From: Eledone cirrhosa
Lineage: Eukaryota
NCBI GenBank assembly: GCA_964016885.1
Contig: OZ024743.1
Coordinates: forward strand, 56,048,001 to 56,112,000
Direction: 5' to 3'
Length of the DNA: 64,000 nt
Part shown: piece after piece, positions 1 to 8,400 of the stretch
Position numbering within the stretch: position 1 is the first letter of the stretch
How the letters are laid out: each line of letters starts with the position of its first letter
Made by a program: the position numbers and the translations under genes
The notes under the pieces: generated by a model
What the model was told of the DNA's origin: nothing
Databases searched by the model: none
The model's input: the letters and a program-made list of their open reading frames with translations, nothing else

Positions 1-403
1 GTATACTCAGCTGAGAATGTGAACTAGTATACTCAGTTGAAAATGTGTACTAGTATACTCAGCTGAAATTGTGTACTAGTATACTCAACTGAGAATGAGT
101 ACTAGTATACTCAGCTGAAAATGAGTACTAGTATACTCAGCTGAGAATGTGTACTAGTATACTCAGCTGAAAATGAGTACTAGTATACTCAGCTGAGAAT
201 GTGTACTAGTATACTCAGCTGAAAATGTGTACTAGTATACTCAGCTGAAATTGTGTACTAGTATACTCAGCTGAAAATGTGTACTAGTATACTCAGCTGA
301 AAATGTGTACTAGTATACTCATCTGAAAATGAGTACCAGTATACTCAGCTGAGAATGAGTACTAGTATACTCAGCTGAGAATGAGTACTAGTAGACTCAG
401 CTG
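1..403. repeat. 26-bp tandem minisatellite, ~15.5 copies, runs off the left edge (consensus GTATACTCAGCTGAAAATGTGTACTA)
   Basis: Unit starts recur every 26 bp (1, 27, 53 ... 365, 391). Variation is mostly GAG/GAA and GTG/GAG. No spacers. Confidence 0.97.
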
Positions 404-493
404 TTGGATGGAGAGATCTCTCACCCACTTTGGAGTGGGTGAGAGATGTTTTCTCTTGTGAAAGTGGATATAGCTTTCATTATATAAAATCTC

Positions 494-680
494 GGCGGTG
501 GATTGGCAGTATCGGTAGAGGGTTGGACGCCATGCTTTGACGCATAGAGTTACGGCCCTTTCCATTCTGAGTTCAAATTCCGCCAAGGTTAACTTTACCT
601 TTCATCCTTACGGGGTCAATAAAATAAAGTACCAGTAATGCACTGGAGTAATTGCTGGCCTTGTGCCAAAAGTAGAAACA
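494..680 (+). mobile_element. tRNA-derived SINE (family 1), intact copy with perfect 15-bp target-site duplication
   Basis: Pol III A-box-like TGGCAGTATCGG (504-515) and B-box GTTCAAATTCC (571-581). ATTATATAAAATCTC occurs at both 479-493 and 681-695. Homologous copies occur elsewhere in the window. Confidence 0.9.
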
Positions 681-994
681 ATTATATAAAATCTCCCCAT
701 ATTACCTTATTTCCCCCGTTGTGGGGCACTTTTTTCATGGTACTCCCCGTTTGGGTTTCTAGAGGTTGGCAGGTCTGCAGTGACTTCACGCCATAAAACC
801 TGGATAAGTACTGGTCTGACAAGCCTCTTGACTTGAGACAGACTTTAGACTTAGAATCAAAATAAAAGCGGCGTTAAACGAATGAAACAAATATTTGATA
901 TATTCCTTTCTTTCGTAGTCAACAAGATGTCAAGAAATACAGACTGTCTCTGTTGGAGACATTTCATATTGTCCATTATTATAGATTAACAACT

Positions 995-1016
995 CCTCTC
1001 TCTCGTAATCACATTC

Positions 1017-1067
<51 letters not shown>

Positions 1068-1208
1068 CTTTCAGTCTCTCTTTCACTCTATCTCTCTCTC
1101 ACACACACACTCTCTCTCCTACCTCTCTTTCTCTCTCTCTCTCACATACCTTCTCTCCTTCACTACCTCTCCCTCACTACCTCTCCCTCTCTCTCTCTCT
1201 CTCTCACT

Positions 1209-1239
<31 letters not shown>

Positions 1240-1290
1240 ACTCTCACTCTCTTTCACTCTATCTCTCTCTCACACACACACTCTCTCTCC

Positions 1291-1325
<35 letters not shown>

Positions 1326-1472
1326 TACCTTCTCTCCTTCACTACCTCTCCCTCACTACCTCTCCCTCTCTCTCTCTCTCTCTCACTCTCTCTCTCTCTC
1401 ACACACACACACATCTCACTCTCACTCTCTCTCTCTCTCTCGCTCTCTCTCACACACACACAAACTCTCTCA

Positions 1473-1503
<31 letters not shown>

Positions 1504-1541
1504 TCTCTCACTCTCTTACACATACACACACACACACACTC
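995..1541. repeat. Compound (CT)n/(CA)n microsatellite with an internal ~170-bp duplication
   Basis: Pure (CT)n at 1021-1063. The block CTTTCACTCTATCTC...CACATACCTTCTCTCCTTCACTACCTCTCCCTCACTACC occurs at ~1079-1190 and again at ~1250-1370. Confidence 0.95.
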
Positions 1542-1786
1542 TATTTGACTCTGTCATCGATCTCTTTGTCTTATTCTTTATATGACACCACCACATTTCA
1601 CTGTCGTTAACTATTTCTTAGGTCAGCCAACGATTTTTGTCAAAACCTATGTTCATAAAACAATTGTATGGTGAATGGTATAGGTCAATGAGTGACACTA
1701 CAGTTTTATTATATTCACTTATTGATTGTAATCGTATTCCCGTCCTCTATGCAACATCGTTTTGCCATCAGCGACAGAAACATAAC

Positions 1787-1895
1787 ACGTGACCTAATAG
1801 TTAGCCAGTTGGATTTACGATCATAAGGTTTTGGGTTCGATTCCTGGGACGGGCGGCACATTGAGTTCTTGTAGAAGACTCTTCATTTCACGTTG
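1787..1895 (+). mobile_element. 5' fragment of a tRNA-derived CORE-like SINE (family 2), degenerate
   Basis: A-box-like GTGACCTAATAGTTAG and B-box GGTTCGATTCC (1834-1844). The following GAGTTCTTGTAGAAGACTCTTCATTTCACGTTG aligns to GTGTCCTTGAGCAAGACACTTTATTTCACATTG at 16917-16949. Confidence 0.6.
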
Positions 1896-2230
1896 TTGTT
1901 TTTTTCCATGGTATGGTTTGGGCCCTTATTAAAATATTCGTGAAACCTCCTATGGGATACAACTTTGTAGTAGCTCTACGAAACCTGCATACGGGTGACC
2001 TGTAAATTTCATTTCTTTCACCTTCATTTTTATAATCGGACTGTGAGCTGTAAATTACTTCTTTCTTTTTCTGTTTCTCTCCGGTCTTAAACTATTATAC
2101 TTAACTGTTTCCACATTCCTTCTCGTTGTTTAGTTCTGTTTTATTTCTTGACGAGGAAAACTGTAATTATTTAATTCCAACGGCATATTTTGTTATGAGT
2201 CTTTTCAGGGTATCGAAGATTAGTGGTTGA

Positions 2231-2248
2231 GGGGGGGGGGGGGGGGGG
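2231..2248 (+). repeat. Poly-G tract (G18)
   Basis: Run of 18 G. Confidence 0.95.
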
Positions 2249-2349
2249 AAGAAGGTACCCATAAACTGGATATCTGACCAGAAATGCGTACGACAGAGTG
2301 GATTCCTTTAAAGGCCCTCAATAATCTCATGATTTAAGTGTAGATTCCC

Positions 2350-2502
2350 AAAGGGTGTTTGAATTCAAATAACAAAGAATCGGATCAAATACCGCTCTAA
2401 CAATTCCCACAAATCCACTACCGTCTTTGATTGATATTTTATTTTATCATTTCTGAAAGTTAAAAAAAAAGCAAAGTTGACATCGGCGTTATTTAAACGC
2501 AA
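2350..2502 (-). mobile_element. Highly degenerate family-1 SINE fragments
   Basis: TTTGAATTCA (B-box-like, minus strand) and AATCCACTACC resemble the SINE head. TATTTTATC...GCAAAGTTGACATCGGCG...TTTAAAC resembles the body of the copy at 4914-5101. Confidence 0.45.
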
Positions 2503-2525
2503 ATTACACAACTAGAATAAATAAG

Positions 2526-2680
2526 GATTTCTAACATAGGCCTAATGCTAGCAATATTAAAAAGAGTAGGAGTCGATTATATCGACCCCAGTATTTAACT
2601 GGTACTTAATTTTATTGATCACGAGAGGATGAAAGGCGAAATTGGCTTTGGCGGGATTTTTATTCAGAATGTAAAGAGCC
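2526..2680 (-). mobile_element. Family-1 SINE, 5'-truncated and diverged, long subfamily
   Basis: ACTGGTACTTAATTTTATTGATC..AGGATGAAAGGCGAAATTGGCTTTGGCGGGATTT..TCAGAATG aligns to 4948-5030. It carries an extra GTCGATTATATCGACCCCAGT segment absent from the copies at 494 and 4914. Confidence 0.75.
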
Positions 2681-2965
2681 TTGTCACAACACCTTTCTAA
2701 GAGAGGGAAACTCTGAAAAAAAACCTGCAGCTTCGAAGCATCCGATGATGTTGACCAGTTCTCCTTTTCGGGTAGTGTTTTCGATACTCAGAGAGTGGAG
2801 TTGGTCGAGTGCAAGGCCTTTCCCCACTTAAAAAACCTTCAAAGCACAGGCATTGCTTGTTCAGGATCTGTTACAGGTTGGTGGGGCTGGCCGTAGCCTA
2901 AAAGTGCACCATTTTCTGTAATCTGACAAGCGATTGCAATACTCTTAGCAGAGTTTGCAGCCATC
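2679..2965 (+). mobile_element. Short non-autonomous LINE (RTE-like) derivative, copy 1, 5'-truncated
   Basis: 2679-2858 is colinear with 3342-3522 (shared GAAACTCTGA/GAAAACTCTGA, ACCTGCA, ATCC.ATGATGTTGAC, AGAGAGTGG, GCACAGGCATTGCTT). Its end TACTCTTAGCAGAGTTTGCAGCCATC matches TACTCGAAAACGAGTTGGCAGCCACC of copy 2. A (TATG)n tail follows. Confidence 0.65.
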
Positions 2966-3125
2966 ATATACTTATATATGTATGTACCTACTTATGTATG
3001 TAATTATGTAAGTAATTATGTATGTAATTATGTATGAAATTATGTATGTATATACGTATGTATGTACGTATATACGTATGTATGTACGTACCTACGTATG
3101 TATGTATGTATGTATGTACGTACGT
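2966..3125. repeat. (TATG)n/(TACG)n microsatellite, probably the retroposon 3' tail
   Basis: Degenerate ATGT tetranucleotide repeat starting directly after GCAGCCATC. Confidence 0.9.
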
Positions 3126-3126
3126 T

Positions 3127-3730
3127 AGGTCACAAGTTGGTGCTACTGGTAACATGTATCCCAGTACAACCTGTCTCATGGTCGGGTCGTTGGCGACTAA
3201 ACTGGCAACCCCACCAAGGTTTCTTGGTGAGGAGGGTGACTTTGGACATCCTGCAGGACTAAAAACAAAACCTATCAAAGGGCAAAGGAGCTCTTAAGAG
3301 TCAATGGCCATCCAAAATCACCGGGAGAGATGACCCCTTAGCCTTTGTCAAGGCAGAATTCTAGGAGAAGGAAAACTCTGATATAACACCTGCAACCCTG
3401 ATGGTATCCAATGATGTTGACTTGTTCTTCTTTTTGGTAAATATCATCTTGGTTAAGAGAGTGGGACTGGCTTTGTGCAGTGCCTTTGTTCACTATAAAA
3501 GCTTCACGGCACAGGCATTGCTTTATATCTGGAGATGTCTCTGCACTTGTCGTGACATGGTACCATGGGCCCAGCACTGTGTGTCAGTAGTTGTCACAAG
3601 TGTGGTGTTTGTGCCAGAGTTTTCAAGTCGCTGGCTGGACTAAAAATCACACTCGTTCAGCGCATCGGTAGGGTTTCTCCTACATGGATATAAAGTAGTG
3701 GCCGTACTCGAAAACGAGTTGGCAGCCACC
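3127..3730 (+). mobile_element. Short non-autonomous LINE (RTE-like) derivative, copy 2: putative 5'UTR-like part fused to the ORF C-terminus and 3'UTR
   Basis: Paralogous to 2679-2965. Contains a C2H2 finger remnant plus stop at 3601-3671, a ~60-nt 3'UTR, then an (ATGT)n tail. No RT or endonuclease coding sequence. The RTE assignment rests on the known C-terminal C2H2-like motif and microsatellite tails of RTE-clade LINEs. Confidence 0.7.
3592..3671 (+). pseudogene. Frameshifted C2H2 zinc-finger coding remnant (CHK-CGVCARVFKSLAGLK-[1 nt missing]-HTRSAHR*)
   Basis: Manual translation: 3601-3645 = CGVCARVFKSLAGLK, then a 2-nt codon (AT), then 3648-3671 = HTRSAHR-stop. Restoring one base gives the canonical C-x2-C-x3-F-x5-L-x2-H-x4-H. 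Confidence 0.75.
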
Positions 3731-3856
3731 ATGTACGTACGTATATATGTATGTATGTACGTATGTATGTGCATACATTTATACAAGCATGTGCATGTGT
3801 GAGTATATGTGTGTGTGTGTATGTGTGTGCGTGTGTGTATATATATATATATGTGT

Positions 3857-3918
<62 letters not shown>
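3731..3918. repeat. (ATGT)n tail grading into (TA)n and pure (GT)n microsatellite
   Basis: Direct reading. Pure (GT)n at ~3863-3918. Confidence 0.95.
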
Positions 3919-3923
<5 letters not shown>

Positions 3924-4045
3924 TTTGATAACTCCAGCAAAATATGACTGGAAGAAAGAAATGGAGGAAAGAGGCAACATGTGAGATCTATTGATCGTTT
4001 CAGAGAATCTTACCACGTCACAGGAATATTGGACAGGGAGATAAT

Positions 4046-4586
4046 GTGGAGTGCTGGCGTAGAGTAGTGTGGAGGAGTGGGGGTGGGGTGGGGGCGATGT
4101 GGGTGGAGTGGGGGGTGGAGTGATGTGGGGGAGTGGTGTGGTGGAGTGAAGTGGTGTGGTGGTGGAATTGTGTGGGGGAGTAGTATGGGGGAGTGGTGTG
4201 GGTTAGAGGAGTGGGGGAGTGAAATATGGGAGTGGAGTGGGGGAGTGTTGTGGCAAAGATGATTGGTTGAGTGGAGTAGTTGAATAGAATGGAGTCGTGG
4301 AATTGATTGGGGAAGTTGATTGGGAGAGTGGAGTGTTAGAGTGGAGTGGTTGAGTGGAGTATTGGAGTGGAGTGGTGGAGTGGAGGGGTGAAGTGGAGGG
4401 GAGTGAGTGTAGTGGTTAACTGGAGTGGGGAAATGGAGTGGTGGAATGAAGTGGTTGAAGGAGTGGGGAAGAGTAGTGTTTGAGTGTACAGGTGTAGTGC
4501 AGTGGTCAATTAGAGTGGAGAAGTGTGGTAGAATGGAGTGATGGAGGGAGTGAAGTGGAGTGGTGGCGGGGGCGGGGGGAGGGGGT
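4046..4586. repeat. Degenerate G-rich (GGAGT/GTGGA)n low-complexity repeat
   Basis: Recurrent GTGGAGTG and GGGGAGTG motifs with many G3-G6 runs and almost no C on the + strand. Confidence 0.85.
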
Positions 4587-4589
4587 ATA

Positions 4590-4705
4590 TAATCCTGCGA
4601 TGGACTGGCGTCCTTTCCAGGGGAAGTATTGTACTCTGTCACTTAACGCCACAGAAACCGGGATAAACATCAGCCTGATGAGGCTCCAGACTCATCACAG
4701 ACTTT
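4590..4705 (+). mobile_element. 3' segment of a SINE (CCTGCGATGGACTGGCGTCC...CCAGGGG...ACAGAAACCGGGATAA...GCCTGATG)
   Basis: The motif string resembles the 3' part of widespread metazoan CORE/V-type SINEs, recognised from memory. No head is adjacent. Confidence 0.55.
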
Positions 4706-4913
4706 AGATTATTTTTAGACAGAGGTGATCACTGATCAAAGACCTTCTATCCGTGGCTATCTTGTCTTTTCCCTTTCAAATATAGTATTCAATATATTGT
4801 TTTGTTGTGTATTTTTTTAAAGCAGTAGGGTGTAATATTTGAAAGAAAGGTACCTGCTGGAATCACGACCGTGGACCAAACACCACAATCATTACTATCG
4901 GATCCCAAATAAT

Positions 4914-5101
4914 TGTTTCTACTTTTGGCACAAGGCCAGCAATAATCCAGTGTATTCCTGGTACTTTATTTTATCGACTCCGTAAGGATGAAAGGCAAAG
5001 TTAACCTCGGCGGGATTTGAACTCAGAATGGCAAGGGCCGTAACTCTACGCGTCAAAGCATGGCGTCCGACCCTCTTCCGATACTGCCAATCCATCCCCC
5101 T
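4914..5101 (-). mobile_element. tRNA-derived SINE (family 1), intact copy with a slightly decayed TSD
   Basis: The reverse complement aligns end to end with 494-680 (about 15 differences in ~190 nt by eye). Flanks TCGGATCCCAAATAAT (4898-4913) and TCGGATGCCAAATGAT (5102-5117) match at 14/16. Confidence 0.9.
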
Positions 5102-5456
5102 TCGGATGCCAAATGATAAGAGGGTTAGAATAAGCGTGGGTGGGGGTCAGTAATTTTTCTAGGTTGTTTTCGTTGATTTTTTTAAGAACCAGAATTAGTC
5201 GTTTAGTTTACATATTGAGACCCCAACCAATCCTATTTATTTTATAACATGGGATTTCTAGTAATGTACTTTTTTGTCATGTATGTTTTTTAATTTCTAA
5301 AGAAAATTAATTGTCGCAGGAATGCTACCACTTAAAATAAAATTCGCCGGAGATAGACTAGCAAAATTAATAAGCAGGAAGGGAGGGGTGATTATTGGAG
5401 GCCCGAGGGTAAGCCACGCTTTGTTAGTGGGAGTGTTACGTGATAATGTAAGGTGA

Positions 5457-8400
5457 TGGTGTGTAGTAAGGTTTTAAGATGGGGTACTATGTTGAGGTAA
5501 TATGGTGCTGGTAGAAACGAGTGTAGTGTTATGTACGGGTGGTGTGTAGTGGTGGTGTGTAGTGGGGGAGTGTAGTTGTGGTGTATAGTGGTGGTGTGTA
5601 GTGGTGGTGTGGAGTGGTGAAGTGCAGTGGTGATGTGTAGTGGTGGTGTGTAGTGGTGGAGTGTAGTGGTGGTGTGTAGTGGTGGTGTAGAGTGCCGAAG
5701 TGCAGTGGTTATGTGTAGTGGTGGTGTGTAGTGGGGGAGTGTGGTGGTGGTGTGTAATGGTGGTGTGTAGTAGTGGTGTGGAGTGGTGGAGTACAGTTGT
5801 AGTGTGTAGTGGTGGAGTGTAGTGTGGAGTGTAGTGGTGGTGTGTAGTAAGGTTTTAAGATAGGGTACTATGTTGAGGTAATATGGTGCTGGTAGAAACG
5901 AGTGTAGTGTTATGTAGGGGTGGTGTGTAGTGGTGGTGTGTAGTGGGGGAGTGTAGTGGTGGAGTGTAGTGTGGTGTGTAGTGGTGCTGTGTAGTGGAGG
6001 AGTGTAGTGGTGGAGTGTAATGGTTGTGTGTAGTGGTGGTGTGTAGTGTTGTGTTTAATGGTGGTGTGAAGTGAGGGAGTGTAGTTGTGGTGTGTAATGG
6101 TGGTGTGTAGTGGGGAGTGTAGTGGTGGTGTGCAGTGGTGGAGTGCAGTAGTGGAGTACAGTGGTGGTGTATAGTGGTGGTGTGTAGTGGGGGAGTGTAG
6201 TGGTGGTGTGTAGTGGGGAGTGTAGTGGTGGAGTGCAGTGGTGGAGTGCAGTGGTGGTGTATAGTGGTGGTGTGTAGTGGGGGAGTGTAGTGGTGATGTG
6301 TAGTGAGGAGCGTAGTGGTGGAGTGCAGTGGTGGAGTGCAGTGGTGGTGTATAGTGGTGGTGTGTAGTGGGGGAGTGTAGTGGTGGTGTGTAGTGTTGGT
6401 GTGTAGTGGGGGAGTGTAGTGGTGGTGTGTAATGATGGTATGCAGTGGTGGTGTGGAGTGGTGGAGTGCAGTGGTGGTGTGTAGTGGTGGTGTGTAGTGG
6501 GGGAGTGTAGTGGGGGAGAGTAGTGGTGGTGTGCAAAGGTGGTGTGTAGTGGTGGTGTGGAGTGGTGGTGTGCAGTGGTGGTGTGTAGTGGTGGTGTGTA
6601 GTGAGGGAGTGTAGTTATGGTGTGTAGTTGTGGTTTGTAGTGGCGGTGTGTATTGGGGGAGTGTAGTGGTGTAGTGCAGTGGCGGTGTGTAGTGGTGGAG
6701 TGTAATGGGGGAGTGTAGTGGGGGAGTGTAGTGGTGGTGTGCAATGATGGTGTGTAGTGGTGGTGTGTAGTGGTGGAGTGTAGTGGTGGTGTGTAGCGGT
6801 GGAGTGTAGAGGTGGTGTGTAGTGGTGGAGTGTAGTAGTGGTGTAGTGGTGGAGTGTAGTGGTGGTGTGTAGTGGTGGAGTGTAGTGGTGGTGTGTAGTG
6901 ATGGTGTGTAGTGGTGGTGTGAGGTGATGGTGTGTAGTGGTGGAGTGTAGTGGTGGTGTGTAGTGGTGGAGTGAAGTGGTTGAGTGTGGTGGTGTAGTGT
7001 AGTGGTGTAATGTATTAGTGTAGTGTAGTGTTGGAGTGTAGTGATGTAGTTTAGTGGTGGAGTGTAGTGGTGGTGTGGAGTGGTGGTGTTTAGTGGTGGA
7101 GTGTAGTGGTGGAGTGTAGTGGTGGAGTGTAGTAGTGGTGTGGAGTGGTGGTGTGTAGTAGTGGTGTGGAATCGTGGAATGTAGTTGTGGCGGTAATGAT
7201 GGTGTGTAGTGGTGGTGTGGAATCGTAGAATGTAGGCTGGTGTGGAGTGGTGGAGTGTAGTGGTGGTGTGAGTGGTGGAATGTAGTGGTGGTGTGTAGTG
7301 CTGGTGTGTAGTGGTGGAGTGTCGTGGTGCTTTGCAGTGGTGGAGTGTAGTAGTGGTGTGTAGTGGTGGAGTGTAATGGTGGATTGCAGAGGTGGAGTGT
7401 ACTGGTGTAGTGGTGGAGTGTAGTGGTGGTGTGTAGTGGTGTAGTGTAGTGGTGTGGTGTAGTGGTGGTATGTAGTGGTGGAGTGTAGTGGTGGAGTGTA
7501 GTGGTGGAGTGTAGTGGTGGTGTGTATTGGTGGAGTGGTGGTGTAGTGTAGTGGCGTAGTGTAGTGGTGTAGTGTAGTGGTGCAGTGTAGTGGTGGGGGG
7601 TAGTGCTGGTGTGTAGTTGTGTAGTGTAGTGGTGGAGTGTAGTGGTGGTGTTTACTGGTGTAGTGTAGTGGTGGTGTGTAGTGGTGGTCTGTAGTGGTGG
7701 TGTGTAGTGTAGTGGTGGAGTGTAGTGGTGGTCTGTAGTGGTGGTGTGTAGTCGTGGAGTGTAGTGGTGGTGTGTAGTCGTGTAGTGTAGTGGTGGAGTG
7801 TAGTGGTGGTGTGTAGTGGTTGTGGGTAGTGGTCGAGTGTAGTGTTGGAGTGTAGTGGTGTAGTCTAGTGATGGAGTGTAGTGGGAGGTATGTAATGGTG
7901 TAGTGTAGTGGTTAAGTTTGGTGGTGTAGTGTAGTTGTGTAGTGTAGTAGTGTAGTGTAGTGGTGGAGTGGAGTGGTGTAGTGTAGTGGTGGAGTATAGT
8001 GGTGGTGTGTAGTTGTGGAGTGTAGTGGTGCAATGTATTGGGGCATTGTAGTGGTGGGGTGTAGTGGTGGTGTGTAATGGTGGTGTGTAGTTGTGGAGTG
8101 TATTGGTGTAGTGTAGTGGTGGTGTGAGGTGGTGGTGTGTAGTTGTGGAGTGTAGTTGTGGATTGTAGTGGTGGTGTATAGTGGAGGAGTATAGTGGTGG
8201 TGTGTAGTGGTTGAGTGTATTTGTGGTGTGAGGTGGTGGTGTGTAGTGAGGGAGTGTAGTGGTGTAATATAGTAGTGGTGTGTAGTGGTGGAATGCAGTG
8301 GTGGAGTGTAGTGGTGTAGTGCAGTGGCGGTGTGTAGTGGTGGTATGTAGTGGTGGAGTGTAGTGGTGGTGTGGAGTCGTGGAATGTAGTGGTGGTGTAT

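Noticed and set aside
1-403. CRISPR array (26-bp palindromic repeats)
   Set aside because: Units are head-to-tail with no unique spacers, there are no cas genes, and the context is eukaryotic.
371-586. Short non-repetitive ORFs (also 2988-3297, 3338-3643, 16031-17171)
   Set aside because: They lie within SINE/LINE remnants, are 60-100 aa long, and show no recognisable domain or exon structure.
953-1585. 210-aa Ser/Leu/His ORF and the antisense ER-rich ORF
   Set aside because: Translations of a CT/CA microsatellite.
1787-1850. tRNA gene
   Set aside because: A/B boxes are present but there is no convincing cloverleaf or acceptor stem, and it continues into SINE body sequence.
4675-4700. Hammerhead core CTGATGA
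   Set aside because: It forms a simple hairpin (TGATGAG/CTCATCA) with no downstream GAAA core.
494-5101. Composite DNA transposon with ~190-bp TIRs
   Set aside because: Each inverted copy has its own TSD and Pol III boxes. There is no shared outer TSD and no transposase.
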